Positions 39,234 through 51,823 of a DNA stretch of 64,000 bases are shown here, one piece after another. Under the pieces are notes generated by a model. That model ran no database searches. It saw nothing but the letters and a program-made list of their open reading frames with translations, and had not been told where the DNA came from. Every line of letters starts with the position of its first letter. Positions within the stretch are counted from its first letter, which is position 1. Source of the DNA: Utricularia gibba (taxonomy: Eukaryota; Plantae; Magnoliophyta). The translations under genes and the position numbers were made by a program. The stretch covers positions 1 through 64,000 of the forward strand of contig NEEC01000020.1 in assembly GCA_002189035.1 (NCBI GenBank), written 5' to 3'.

Positions 39234-40791
39234 CGTATTAGGTATGTATCCCGAATTCTTCCAAGAGTTGAATAGAATCCCAGGTCAGGTCCCAAAATCC
39301 CTGAAGAGAAAGAAATGGGTTGGAAGAGTCGAGAAGAAGATTTGAAGCGGTGTCGTGATGGTGACGAAATATACACAACAGATAAGGGGATGGGGAGGGG
39401 GGGGATGAAGAAGGCAGCCAATATATGTAGTATGTGGCAAGGGAGGGAAGGGCAGGAAGCTGGGAATGTGGGGGTCCTGGGCCTTATCCAAATTCCCAGC
39501 TCCCTTTATCCCCAGTCCGAAGGAGACGGGGAATTGGATTAGGATAGGATGGTATGGTATGGTATGGTTCCACACCAGAAGGGTCCGATGCTTGCGCTCA
39601 TCCCCTTCCTTATCTCCGCTCACACTTACCAACAACTAACCCTACCTACGGACACACACTAACACGCAAATCTATGTCTTCTTTAGGTTGTTGAATAAAC
39701 AACAGCGCAAACCCACAGTGTCCCCATTCCCCTTGGCAAGTTGTGGCAGGCAGGCACGGAGAGAGCTAGATATTTTGACTGCAGGGACAAGGCTTCTGCG
39801 GTGGGAAAAAGCCACAATTTTGGGAGACGGGTAGATATTTTGTGATGGCCAAGGCTACAGCAACACACCCACCATTTTGTGGATGCCACGCCACACACAC
39901 ACACACACTCATCCACGTCTCTCACAATCTGGACCACTTATTATTAATGAAGCCAATGCCAGCCTAGCTAGCATGATGTATTTGGACTGGACTGGGTTTT
40001 TATACCGAATCCAAGTGCAGAATTCTCTTCAATTTGGTAACACAACACCCAGCCCAGCCCAGCCCAGTAGCATCCATTTCTCTCTGCGGAGGCGGCGACA
40101 AATCAAAGCCCCAGGCCCATAAAATAAAATCAACATTCGACAGTGAGTGAGTGAGCCGTCCCAACTCCCACCTGTCCGCCTTCTTTGACTGCCAAGATTT
40201 CCACAAAAACTTGGCCATGTCTACGTAACAGTGTCTATCTAGAGTGACGTGACACCCTCCCCTCCAGTATAATATTCCCAAAATATCACAAGATATCGTC
40301 TAGTGATTTCAAGGACTATCATGGCTCAAGTGTGAATCCAACCATCCGAATGCGATGCTGCATCAAATGAAGTGGGGCCAAGCCATTATTGCTCGTCTAT
40401 GCCCAAAGACAAGCACCCATATTTTATATTATTTCTCTGGACGGTGCGGCTGCGGAGTCGTTCGTTTCCTTGACCGTTTCCATGACTGGTTGGTTGCATT
40501 TTACTGTTGTCAAGTACCGAGTTGTATATGACCGTTACAATTCAACCCATTCGTTACAGACTACAGTTCCGTCATATCATTCACAGATTTTATCAACAGC
40601 TCTGAGAACACTAGCACTACTTTCAAGGCCGTGGCATGTATACTTGCACTTACAAGTGATGTCGAGTGATAAGATTATTCACATTCTTGCTTGCATACAA
40701 ATAGACAGACAGGCAAGATGACTTCAGCAAAGCAAATGGGTAATTGTACGGAGGCCACTAGTGAGAGCCTTGAGTCTATCAGGAAGCCAAG

Positions 40792-41566
40792 TCATACCCA
40801 AGGCTGATCTTCTTCTTCTTCTTCCTTCTTCTGAAGCCAGCGTTTTTGCTTGACCATTTTGATGAACTCCTCGATTTTGGTTCGAAGTTGTTCTCCTCCC
40901 ACCGAAAAATCCCTCTTCAGGACAATAGGTTTTTCCAAATTCCTATCTATGCACTGCAAACTCGACTCCATGTACTCATCCATTTTGAAGTTGAAGCTTC
41001 TTTGGAGTGTCTGGCCCCTGCTGTCTTCTCATTTATAACACAGGGGCTGGCTCCGCAAATCATCTCCCACACTGCCTCCATCGATGCTCCCCCGTTATCC
41101 TCATTACCACCTTCCATCTCCGGCTCTGATTCGTCAAGACTCTGTTGGGTAAAGACCCAGCGGAGCTCGTTATTTTCTCTTCCGTTTCCGACTCTGATTC
41201 GCCAAGACCGTGTTGGGTAGAGACGGCAAAGGAGCTCGTGATTTTCTCTTCCGTTTCCGACTCTGATTTGTGAAGACTCTGTCGGGTAAAGACCGCAGCG
41301 TAGCTCATAAATTTCTTTTCCGTTTCCGGCCCTGATTCATCAAAACTGTGTTGAGTGATGACTGCGGCAGAGCTCATAATTTGCTCATGAGGTAGCTGAA
41401 TGGGAGGAAGATGACAATGAAATGGTTGCGTTTCAATTCCTCCTTCATCATCTCCATCTCGGGGTCTGAGAAACAACTCCATGCAAACGTACACCACTAA
41501 AGCGCACACAAGACAAGAAAAAGGAAGTTGGTTAAACAAAGTACAGAGTGCACGGAAGCAACCCAT
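40792..41566 (-). CDS. DUF761 (cotton fibre-expressed)-like protein with internal acidic tandem repeat; two frameshifts
   Basis: N-terminal hydrophobic helix, then SMEAVWEMI and VGGEQLRTKIEEFIKMVKQKRWLQ, resembling the DUF761 motif ELNRRVEAFIxKFxxxxxLQ. One-base frameshifts at about 41157 and 41016. Confidence 0.55.
41124..41380. repeat. 69-bp coding minisatellite, about 3.7 units
   Basis: Units start at 41124 (68 bp), 41192, 41261 and 41330. They encode 23-aa repeats such as FAVSTQHGLGESESETEEKITSS. Confidence 0.93.
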
Positions 41567-42331
41567 GTGTATTTGCTTGACTTGAAACAAACAGAAGGGC
41601 CTTTTTATTGCTATTTGGTTAGGATTTCGTACTTTGCTTTTGATTATCCGTGCTGTGAGTGACTCGACTCGGGGCCACCTTGTTTGAATTCCACGCTCAC
41701 GTGGCTGTATGCTTGCTTTTGGTTGTAAGCAGTGACAAATGTCTGCAATTGGTGATTTCTAGATGCCTCCTTTGTGCTTGGATTCTAGAAGCGCGATGGG
41801 ATTCGGAGGATAATAAAAAAATTCCGGCTCACCTTTACTGGTTGCACAGTTGTACGGTGCACACCCTAAGCACTCGGCCGTCATCATGGAGTGCTCCCAT
41901 CACAACTATCGTCACTCAGTATAACAATATTCCATTTACACTGCTCTGAGCATGCTATAACCCCTTATCTTAGTTGGGCTTTCTGGATCGGATGAGCAGC
42001 GTTCACAGTCAAACGACTGTAGGTGTGTGTGTTGGCGCTTTGATAACTGTTGGTTGGGTCTCCATGATGAAGGGAGAAGTTCCTTTTTTTATGTTTGTTG
42101 CTTCAGCCCGGCGATGCTACACGACCTATGCCAGCATCATCATCACCATCGTTAATGGCCGATCGGTAACACATTCATACACAAACCGTGTCCACGCAAC
42201 AGAACACACGTACAATAAGCACAATGTTTTGATGATGGACATCAAAGGTGCCATTTTTTCCAATGTTTTTCAAATCTCCAAGGCTACATAATTGCTGCGT
42301 AACGAAAACTGAAAGGGGAGGACTGAGCTAC

Positions 42332-42649
42332 CTAATGGTTCTCATCCGAAGCAACGCCGACTTCTTGCGGGGTCTTGGCGGAGATGGAGAGGGCATGCAA
42401 TCCCGATTGGAGCTCATCGGCGAGGAGATCGTAGACTAAACGATGCCGTTTCAACAGGTTCAGACCTTGGAACTTGGTGGATACGATCCTCAAATTAAAA
42501 TGTGTCTCCTCGTTGCCGATGCTCCTCACAGCGGCGTGACCGGCGTGTTGGGACGAGACGTCCTCGATCTCCAACACCGCCACCTGTAGCGCAGCCTCCA
42601 GCTTAGCCCTTATTCGGCCCGCCCTTGACATCAGCGGCCGCGATGCCAT
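42332..42649 (-). CDS. BOLA: BolA-like protein (BolA1 type), intronless
   Basis: IEDVSSQHAGH, ETHFNLRIVS..FQGLNLLKRHRLVY..L..ELQSGLHALSI..KTP. Confidence 0.93.
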   Translation of the reverse strand: MASRPLMSRAGRIRAKLEAALQVAVLEIEDVSSQHAGHAAVRSIGNEETHFNLRIVSTKFQGLNLLKRHRLVYDLLADELQSGLHALSISAKTPQEVGVASDENH

Positions 42650-43014
42650 CCGAATGTAGAGCCGGAGAATCACCAATTTGGGGATTTAGGGCTTGCCAAC
42701 TTTCCACGGTCAATTCCTTGTATTTTATTAGTATTATTTCCAATTTTTATAAAATAAATTTTATACATTTCATTGCTTGGGTGAGACGCTGAATAGTGAG
42801 AAATAAATTCTTCAAAACTGGTCAGCATTTCAAGCATGCATCCAGTCTCAAGCTCAATCTGCAAATTTCTATTCATCTCCCTTCTTCTGTCATATGTACA
42901 TACGGAGGCAGGCTACGGCCACCACAAGAGAAGGACTACTGAACTACGGCGGAAATAACAGAGATTTGCGAGTCTCTTATTTGAAACCTAAATGCGGTAG
43001 CCTGATGAGAAACA

Positions 43015-46000
43015 TCATACTGTGTTTTGGGAATTCGCTGCAAGCTGCAGAGCCTCTATTTCCTCATCTTTCTTGGCTATGGTGTCCTTCAGAGATGAGA
43101 CCTACAAGGCATGTCCTCTGAAGTTATAGAGACGCATGACTTTGAGAGCACAGTAACAAAGCATGGTTTCGACAAGATAGAGTAATTTGGTGTCAAAGAG
43201 AAATGGGGGAAAAGATCATACCTGCTCCATCAGTTCCCTTACGTCTCTACCGTCTTTGCTGCTCCTAGCGGCACCTAACTCCACCCCAGACACCCTTTCA
43301 GCAAATTTAAGTGTACTCAAGGATTCACTGTATGACACTGCATCAGGATTGATCTGAACGAACATAAGCGTCTTTGCCTGTCCACCTGCAAGGCGAAGCA
43401 CACGGGAAGAGCCAGGACTGGACGATTCATAGGTTTAGTAGACTACAAATTCCTTTGACTGAATGACACCTTACTCCAACGCACAAGTATGTACTAAATT
43501 TGCTGAAAAGCTCAGCCAATAAGAAGGATTAGTATAGGAGAATACCTAAGGAGCTCTGGAGAACTTGAGTGAGCTTGCTATTTCTGTAGGGGATGTGAGA
43601 ACTTTTTTGTGCTAAAGCAAAAATGACATCACCGAGAGCAGCTAGTGATTTATTTATGTGTTGCGCCTCTTTTAGCCTGTCTCCAGTTACCTCTGAACGG
43701 TCTACCCTTTCACTTCCGGCAAGATCAACTAAATGAAGACTGCCTCGCAAAGATGAACCACTCTTCAGATCTGTTCCTCGAATGTGAATGGAGAGGACAC
43801 TGAACCAATGCATCATAAGTACAGTCAGTGTGGGTTTGATTCACCTATTTAAACGAACTCAACAGAAGGTAGCAAGAACCTGTGAGATCGGCTGCTTCTC
43901 TCGTTCATCGCAGTGGCACTTTTTGCTCTGTTATTTTGTCCAATATTGGTTAATTCCAATACATCTGAGGTTGAGCTCACAGGGTGAATGCTGGCATCTG
44001 GAACTGCCAACCCATTGGACTGACCGGATTGAGTAGCAGATGAAATCCCAAGTGTGTGCAAATCAAGGAAAACACAAAAATTGATTCAATCAACATAATA
44101 TGATGATTGTACGACAGAAATGGAAAATGGCTCAAAAGATTTTTGAATGGAAGCAGGATATCTTTTCTGTGCACCATCACTTGAGAGCAAGTCCCGAACT
44201 TGCTCGTTGTATATTTCAACCATCTGGACAGATATTTCATAAGTGAAGCTGCTCTCCCTGCCCTGCGATGTATTGAAAAGATTATTTAGGGCCCTGTAGT
44301 TGACTCCCCATTCTTCTTCAGTTCCACCGTCAGGGCCCATCTGCATAATATTTTCATGAGAATTCATGGAATATGGGAAATAGTTCATGTCTTCGTCATA
44401 CCATAGTGTAGGTTTTTCCAGAGCCAGTCTGGCCATATGCAAATATGCAAACGTTGTATCCATCCAAAACAGACTGTACTAACGGCTTTGTATCTGAAAA
44501 TACTTCAGCTGTAGACATTTTACATTAGCAAGCCAAAAAAAAAAAAAAAAAAAATGGGATTGAGTGAGAGTCAGATGGAGGAAAAAAATGGATATGAAAC
44601 CCCATCACTGAAAATAAACTACCTTGTGTAGCAGACGGACCATACACCTTATTGAACTTAAATGAGCGCCTCCCTTCCTTGCCTGGTTTAGAGGGATTCG
44701 AGATCACTAACTCTCCATTTTCCCCAATGTGCTCAGTAATTGATTGCTTTGACTTTTGACCGGGAAGAAATGGTCTTATCCTGCAGTACACCCTGATGTT
44801 TCCTGCAGCAAAAAAGAAGAAGATGGGGAACATGAAAAAAATCCATTCATTACACACCATTATGAGTTTACAGACATGCCTTTGAGGTCTTGAAGCTCAT
44901 TGTGTATCTTTTGATTCTCGGAAAGAAGTGAGTAATAGTTTTTTGCCGCATTATCAAGAACCTGGAATCTTGAACCTGTTATTAACAATGATCATCTTAT
45001 CACAATATACATGAGAGAAAAAAATCAGTACAACCACAGAAACATGCGTTTACCCAAAATGTTGAATTCTTCTGAATAGCTTTTTTTTGTTTTCACAATT
45101 TCTTGTTGAATGGACTGAGATGTAAATCGGAGTTCCTGTAAAAAAAAGAATCCATTCATACAGGACATGCTTAGAATCTGTTACATTAACTGAATATGGA
45201 ATATCCACATACAAAAATAAAGAAATGAAGCATACACGTAAGGCTCCAAGCTGATATTCCGTAAATAATTGGTAAAGGTGTTGCTTCTTTTTCCAGCGAT
45301 GAGAATTTGATTCAGATAAGGCCTCAAGTTCCTGAACTTTATTTTTTGTCTCTATAAATTGCCCTACGGTTTCCTTCAACTGCAGTTCGAGCTCTTGTTG
45401 TACGCCTTTGGCTTCTTCCTTTGTCTTTAAAGTTTCTTGTTCGTATGCTTGTTTAGTTGCTTCGAGCTCTTCCCTCAAATTCACAACGGCAATGTTGAGT
45501 TCCTCTTTTTCTTTTAACAATCTATGCATCACTTGCTCATTCTCTTGAACTAATCTCTGCATTTCTATTTTTTCTTCTTCCACTAATCTCTGCATATCTT
45601 GCTCTTTATGTTCCATCCTCTCTAGGTCCTGCGCCTTTTCCTTAACCAACTTTTCCAAGTCTTGTTCTTTTTCATGCACCACTCTTTGCATATCCTCCTC
45701 TTTTTGCTTCATCAGTCTTTGAAATTCCTCTTCTTTTTCCTTCATCAGTTTTGGCACATCGAACAAGTCCTGCTCTGTTCCCTGTTCCAGCCTGTTCTCT
45801 CTTCTCTGAGCCAGCTCCTGCAAGTCACACATTTTTTCCTTCAATAATCTATCCACTTCCTCATTCTTTTGTTTGATCGCTCTTTGAAATACTTCTTCTT
45901 TATCCTTCATCACTCTATGCACATCTAGCAAGTTCTGCTCTTTTTCCTGCACCAACTTCTGCAGTTCCACTACTTTTTCATGCAACAATCTCTGTGCATC

Positions 46001-47591
46001 CTCTTCTTTCTGTTTCGTCAATCCTTGAAAGTCTTCTTCTCTACCTTTCATCACTCTTTCCCCATCTATCACGTCCTTTTCTGTTGCCTGCAACAACCTC
46101 TGGTCTTTTTGCTGGGTCAACTTTTGCAGGACCTGCACTTCTTCACCCAACAATCTGCCTGCACCTTCCTCATTCTGTCTCCTCACTCTGAGAAATTCTT
46201 CTTCTCTATCCTTCATCAGTATTTGCGCATCTAGCAAGTTCTGCTCTTTTTCCTGCACCAACTTCTGCAATTCCTGAACTTTCTTTTCCAACAATCTCTG
46301 TGAATCCTCCTTCTGTCTCATCAGTCTGTGGAATTCTTCTTCCCTATCCTTCATCAGTCTTTGCACATCTAGAAAATCCTTCTCTTTCTCCTGCACCAAT
46401 CTCTGCAAATTGTCATCTTTGTGCTTCACTACTCTTTGTACATCTAGCATGTCCAGCTCTTTCTGCTGCAACAATCTCTGAGAATCGTCGTCTTTCTGCT
46501 TTATCACTGCTTGCACATCTAGCTCCTCCCCTGTCCTTTTTTCTTCTGTTTTGCTCTTCTCACTCTAAAGTTTGAGCCATGGAAAAAATACAAGAAAAAG
46601 CATGTAGCTTAAATTCTTTTCTCTAGAGTCTAAATCCGAATGAACAGAACTGATGAGAAACTACGACTGTTAAGGGCTGAAACTTGCCACACAGTTTTTA
46701 TCTTGAGGGGACAGGCAACTACGTAAATCATAACTATGTACCTTAAGATGCTGGAGCTGATTTGTTACAATATGCAACAAGAGAAATCTCCATTCGTGAA
46801 TGCATAAACACATGATTTTAGCTTCAATTCATACCTTTTCCTCTTCAGTAGTTCCAGCTGCCAGAGCTTCCAGAACCTTAATCCTCGATTGGTACTTCTC
46901 TTCGCGTGTTTTGAAGAGACTGCTTTGCTGCGCACGAGAAATGATGATAAGATGAGGTTGAAGCAAACATTTTACTCTCGACAAGGTGACAATTCGTAAC
47001 CTTTGTCAAATGTTCTCTTTGAGTGCATATTCGCCTCTCGATCTCCTGCACAAAGTTTCTCAATATGCCAGCAACACGCTGAGGTATTTCTCCATTCTTA
47101 CGCCCAATGCTTTCATCTAATATTCCATAGACCGCGCTCAACAAAGACTGCGTAGCAGCATTCTGCACAGGTAGCCATTCAAGCAGTGCATCCAGATCTT
47201 TAATGGATTGATTAAGGACTCACGTCGAGGCTGTTGGATTTCATGACTTCAGAAAGCTTCACACGGGAAAGGTCTATGCAGCTTCTTTCCTTGAGCTGAA
47301 ATACTGGAGGAGATCTTGTGCCAACATGACTCCCAATAGTAGACCATAATGCCTCTGCAGACAGACAGCAAATGATATATAACCGGAGTCGGATGATGGA
47401 TGCAATACCAGGACATGAAAAAGGTGCTATCATCTTAGCTGCAAAACAGGTATCAAGAGCTTCAGGAGATACCAAAATCAAGTTCATGCCTTTGTCTTAC
47501 CTGTATTGACTGAAGCTGGCTTATAAACGATGGTGTCATTGGCATTACTTGTGCCACTGAATTTCACGTGATCTTTTCCTTGGTGGTCCAT
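43015..47591 (-). CDS. Kinesin-14 (KIN-14O/P-like, no CH domain) with expanded coiled-coil stalk and short tail
   Basis: [49 protein letters not shown] (P-loop), [32 protein letters not shown], final exon [16 protein letters not shown]...TV*. Confidence 0.92.
44054..44161 (-). other. U12-type (minor spliceosome) AT-AC intron in the kinesin motor domain
   Basis: Donor AG|ATATCCTG, branch site TTCCTTGAT about 10 nt before the CAC| acceptor. Splicing restores the in-frame sequence QKR-LGI. Confidence 0.9.
45560..46520 (-). repeat. Coding quasi-tandem repeats (11- and 14-aa units, 306-bp higher-order duplication) in the kinesin stalk
   Basis: QRL-type units recur every 11 or 14 aa. The block ATCTAGCAAGTTCTGCTCTTTTTCCTGCACCAACTTCTGCA occurs at 45923 and 46229. 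Confidence 0.85.
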
Positions 47592-48764
47592 GTTGAAAAC
47601 TGGATCATAACCTGAAACTTACCCTTTAAGAATCAAGCAATTTTCTTAAGCCAAACAGCAATTTATCCCTGGCTACTTCCCATTTATCAATGGGAATTCA
47701 CTACAGATCCTTCATCTTGGATCCTAGTTTGCGTCACGAGTAGCAAGAGCGAAACTTTTTTAGCATGGATATCCCAGAAGCAAAGAGAAGCACAAAGGAT
47801 TCAATTTCTCTTCGCGTAGACGAACTAACCTGATATCCGATCATCAAAAACCGGTGGTAATCCAATCAATGAAAGATTTTGTTTTCCCTTGAATGCAAAA
47901 AAAGAAAGAAAGAAGTCAACATAGAATCACAGAGCCATTGAAGAGATTGCTGATGCTGAGGCATGCAACAAAATCAAACAGGGAAGGCCTCCCCGGCATG
48001 GCAGAAAATTCAGACATATATAACGTACAAGAAAAGAGAGGCATCCTGGTACACGAGGGAACCCAATGGGGAAAACGCCATTGCATCCCGCCTCATGCGT
48101 TGTTTAGTCTCAGGTCAAAGCCTGTCGTTCTTCCGAGAATCTAGGACAGGCGTTGTTTCATGAGGACGCCAAAACAAATCTCTCCAGGCCTCGTTCACAT
48201 AACATACATCACATGGCAGAATATCTTACTTCGTTTTATCCAACAACATAAGTATATATTTATATATACACATTTAATCCACCGGGAATCCAACAAAATA
48301 ACTATATATCTATTATTTCATTTTATCCAACAAAATTGCCTTCTGCCTAGAATTGCACAACGAAGCTGTCCATGCCCTACGCTTTCCACCAAACTCACCC
48401 AAGGAGAAGGAAAATGCGAAGAGAAGAGAAGAGAGAGACAGCAGCAAGAACAGGAGCTGGCCAAACACATCGCTGAGGAAGATGACGATGTTCCACCCCA
48501 TTGTTCCTTACGCATTGATTTCATGATATGGTAATTTCTGATGTTGAATCCACGAATAAATTGGATGGCAAAAAGGGGTTTTTGAGGCGAGAACAAAAAT
48601 GAGCTTCGAGCCAGCCAATAAACTCTGTAATGTCAGCTGAATCGGATACAAACTCAGAGTTGCACTTAGCAATGCGTCTGTATTGGTGCCAGTTCCATTA
48701 CTTGAAGGAACTTGGCTCATCTCTCTAGCAGCAGCAAGCAACAGTCCCACCACTGTGCTCCATG

Positions 48765-51062
48765 TCACAGAGGATCTGTTTGAGTTATCAGAAGCGGGCT
48801 TCTAACAACGTGCTTCCCATCCATCCAAGAAATCGAGCCAAACAAAGCCCCTGAATCGCCCAGCGAAAGATTTCCACTTTCAGCATTTACACTCACGATG
48901 TATGCTTGTTTCATCGCCTTGCCTGAAAACACCAACTTACGTGGCTTCACACTGACAATCACCCCTCTTGGTTGCTCGATTCTCACCCGGTAAACAGCAT
49001 TCACCTCCGCACCAACATTGGTCACCGTTCTAAAGAAGGTCTTTTTAGTAGCATTGTGTGGCAAGGAAACCGTGATTGATGGGTAGTTGAAGTTCTCCGA
49101 CAAGGGCTTCCTCGCTGGACAACGCACTGGCGAATGCGTGATCACCTCAATCGTCTTGGGGCTATATCCTACTGAACACAAAAAGTAGGAATAATCATCC
49201 TCCGAGAGGTCATAGACCAGCCCAGGGTCCATAGCTAATTCAAGATTCAAGTTGCCAGCACCAAAATCATACGGGGAAGCTGGTTTTTGGTTGGCTTCAT
49301 CCCACACTGGACTCAGGGAGTTGTCAAGTAAGCTTGCAGTAGTCATCATAGCGGACCTTAATGCTGCAGGGCTCCAATCAGGGTGAGCAGATTTCAGCAA
49401 GGCGGCTGCGCCACTAACATGTGGGCAAGCCATTGATGTACCGGATAAAATATTGAACTCGACTCTGCGAGCATCGGAATCCAAGCCAGTCGGACCAACA
49501 GCGTCTGTCCACGCCGCCAGGATGTTAACCCCTGGAGCAATCAAGTCCGGCTTGAGAATTTGTGGGTTCAATGCATTTGGACCCCTAGCAGAGAATGAAG
49601 CTACGACTGGCGCTGGTTTGATGCCGATTACAGTTCCTCCGAAGTTAATGGTAGCAGTTGCAGAAGGATTTGAGGCTAGATATGATTTCAACTCATCTCC
49701 TACATGATATCCAACAGAACAAGATGGAATCATGTGGGCGTCGCCGACGAGGCCTTCGCCGTTGGAGATTCCATTGGCGAGAATCATTCCGACGCCGCCA
49801 GCTTTCTTGACAACCAAACCTTTAGCTACACGCGGATTGCTCCCTCGATCACAGATAGCAATTCTGCCTTTGATGGAACTGGGGTCTAACGAGTTTTCCA
49901 TACACAAAGAAGCAGAGAGCATTCCTGACTCACCAGGGTAAACCAATGGGTACATCTTCCCGTTCAAAGGTTCGCCGGCGTATAAAGACACACCCGAGAA
50001 TTTTCTCCCGTCGCTAAGAACCACCTCTGCCGGGAAATTCCGGTCGATGGTACCAGCACCAACGGTTGTAAGCCATGGTGCAAGATTCGTGACAGACATA
50101 CCGTTGGGGCCGTCGTTGCCAGCGGAAGAAGAAACGAAAATCCCCCTTGAGACGGCCGAGTAGGCTCCGATTGCAATTGGATCTAGATAATAAGGAGAGG
50201 AGATTCCCTCACCCCCGCCAACAGAAATTGAAATGACGTCAACACCGTCTTTGACGGCGGCGTCGAACGCGGCCAGAATATCTGAATCCAAGCAGCCGGC
50301 GCCTCTCCAGCACACCTTGTAAACTGCAAGACGAGATTTGGGCGCCACTCCCTTCGCAATCCCCGAAGCGAAACCCTCCAAGCTGGCATTGAAAGAGTAT
50401 CTTCCGGCGGCGGTGGAGGCGGTATGAGTCCCGTGGCCATCGGCATCTCGCGGCGATTTGAACTCAATCGTGTCATTGATTCCACCAATTGCCCCAGCGA
50501 AACCCGAACCAGCTTCATGCCCTTTGGAGAAAAACCTCGCACCGATGATTTTTCTATTGCAATTCTCGTGTGTGAACTCGACACCAGTTTGACAAATTCC
50601 TCTCCAACGGTCCGGCACAGGACCCAGATTCAGATCCGAAAAACTCCTGCGCTCCGGCCAAATCCCGGTATCAAAAATTCCAATTATAACATCAGAGCCA
50701 TAATCCGACTCGGACCACAAGCCCTCCTGGTTCCGCAGACCAATAAACTGCGGCGACCGCGTTGTATGCAGCTGTCGCCGTCTGTCCGGGAACGCCGCTA
50801 AAACTGCCGAATGCTGGAGAGAAGACGCAGCCTCGTCCGCAGTGAGCAAAGCAGAAAATCCATGAAAAACAGTGTCGTAAACGTGGAGTATCTTAGTGGG
50901 CTCCGTGAACTCCGCAGTGTACCAATGGTAATGGGTTGGAAAAACCGACGGCTTGGAAAAAGCGTCTACCCTGAGAATGTACACCAACGGCGTCTGAGTT
51001 GAACCAATCAGCGCAACCTGCAGAAGAACAATAACAAGATACGGAAGAGTAGAAGAAGCCAT
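48765..51062 (-). CDS. SBT1.6: Subtilisin-like serine protease SBT1.6, intronless
   Basis: Signal peptide, I9 prodomain, LHTTRSPQFIGL, catalytic motifs DTGIWPE, DGHGTHTASTAAG and SGTSMACPHVSG, PA domain, Fn-III C-terminus. Confidence 0.95.
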   Translation of the reverse strand: MASSTLPYLVIVLLQVALIGSTQTPLVYILRVDAFSKPSVFPTHYHWYTAEFTEPTKILHVYDTVFHGFSALLTADEAASSLQHSAVLAAFPDRRRQLHTTRSPQFIGLRNQEGLWSESDYGSDVIIGIFDTGIWPERRSFSDLNLGPVPDRWRGICQTGVEFTHENCNRKIIGARFFSKGHEAGSGFAGAIGGINDTIEFKSPRDADGHGTHTASTAAGRYSFNASLEGFASGIAKGVAPKSRLAVYKVCWRGAGCLDSDILAAFDAAVKDGVDVISISVGGGEGISSPYYLDPIAIGAYSAVSRGIFVSSSAGNDGPNGMSVTNLAPWLTTVGAGTIDRNFPAEVVLSDGRKFSGVSLYAGEPLNGKMYPLVYPGESGMLSASLCMENSLDPSSIKGRIAICDRGSNPRVAKGLVVKKAGGVGMILANGISNGEGLVGDAHMIPSCSVGYHVGDELKSYLASNPSATATINFGGTVIGIKPAPVVASFSARGPNALNPQILKPDLIAPGVNILAAWTDAVGPTGLDSDARRVEFNILSGTSMACPHVSGAAALLKSAHPDWSPAALRSAMMTTASLLDNSLSPVWDEANQKPASPYDFGAGNLNLELAMDPGLVYDLSEDDYSYFLCSVGYSPKTIEVITHSPVRCPARKPLSENFNYPSITVSLPHNATKKTFFRTVTNVGAEVNAVYRVRIEQPRGVIVSVKPRKLVFSGKAMKQAYIVSVNAESGNLSLGDSGALFGSISWMDGKHVVRSPLLITQTDPL

Positions 51063-51823
51063 GGGAGATCCAGTAGGCCTGAAGAGAATGGAGTGACGAC
51101 AGCAGCAACAAAAGCCCCCATATGTATAAAACAAGAGTAGATCAGTCTTAATCCACGTCCTAATCATGTTTATGTGCCCTTCTTCACTTGAAAACATTTG
51201 TTGGGTCACAACTAAATGCCCACCGCCTTGCGAAATTAATAATTAACTAAATACGTTGTTATTAATTTCTGGGCAATTAACTGCGCTAATAATTGAGTCC
51301 GTCCTTGCAATTTGTATTGACAGAGGAAATGAATGCAGTTGTCGTATCTCACGGCGGCGGACGCATGAATCAAATGCCTCAACTACCCCCTAACGGCAAA
51401 AAAATCCACATCAGGTTCACTTCTGATGGATCAGAACCAGCGCTCCGGCATCTCCCGACCCCGAAAAATATGCTATCTAAGCCTTCCGCATTAACACAAC
51501 CATGTATTATTCTTACGGTTTCCCCGGAACCCTGGACTAGAGCAAGTTCTGTCTTTCACTGCTAAGCGTCCAGAATCCACCACTTCTAGAGTCTATGCCA
51601 AGGAGGTTGATTTATTGTGTGTATAATGCAGTCCAGAAGGTCAAATTGCCTATGGTTTACAGGGGGCTATTCGCTTTCCGAATTCTGTGAGACAATTTTC
51701 AATTTGTCAGAAGGTGGAATACAGAGATCATGGCAATGACATCTGGGGGGGCTCTTCGATCAGAGGTAGCTCCGAGGAACCGCAAGCTGGATTACAGGGG
51801 ATGTCAATGTGGGAGAAACGAGG

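Noticed and set aside
48313-48530. Short hydrophobic ORFs with a strong GTGAGT donor upstream of the kinesin
   Set aside because: No recognisable family or peptide-hormone motif; more likely UTR or low-complexity CT-rich sequence.
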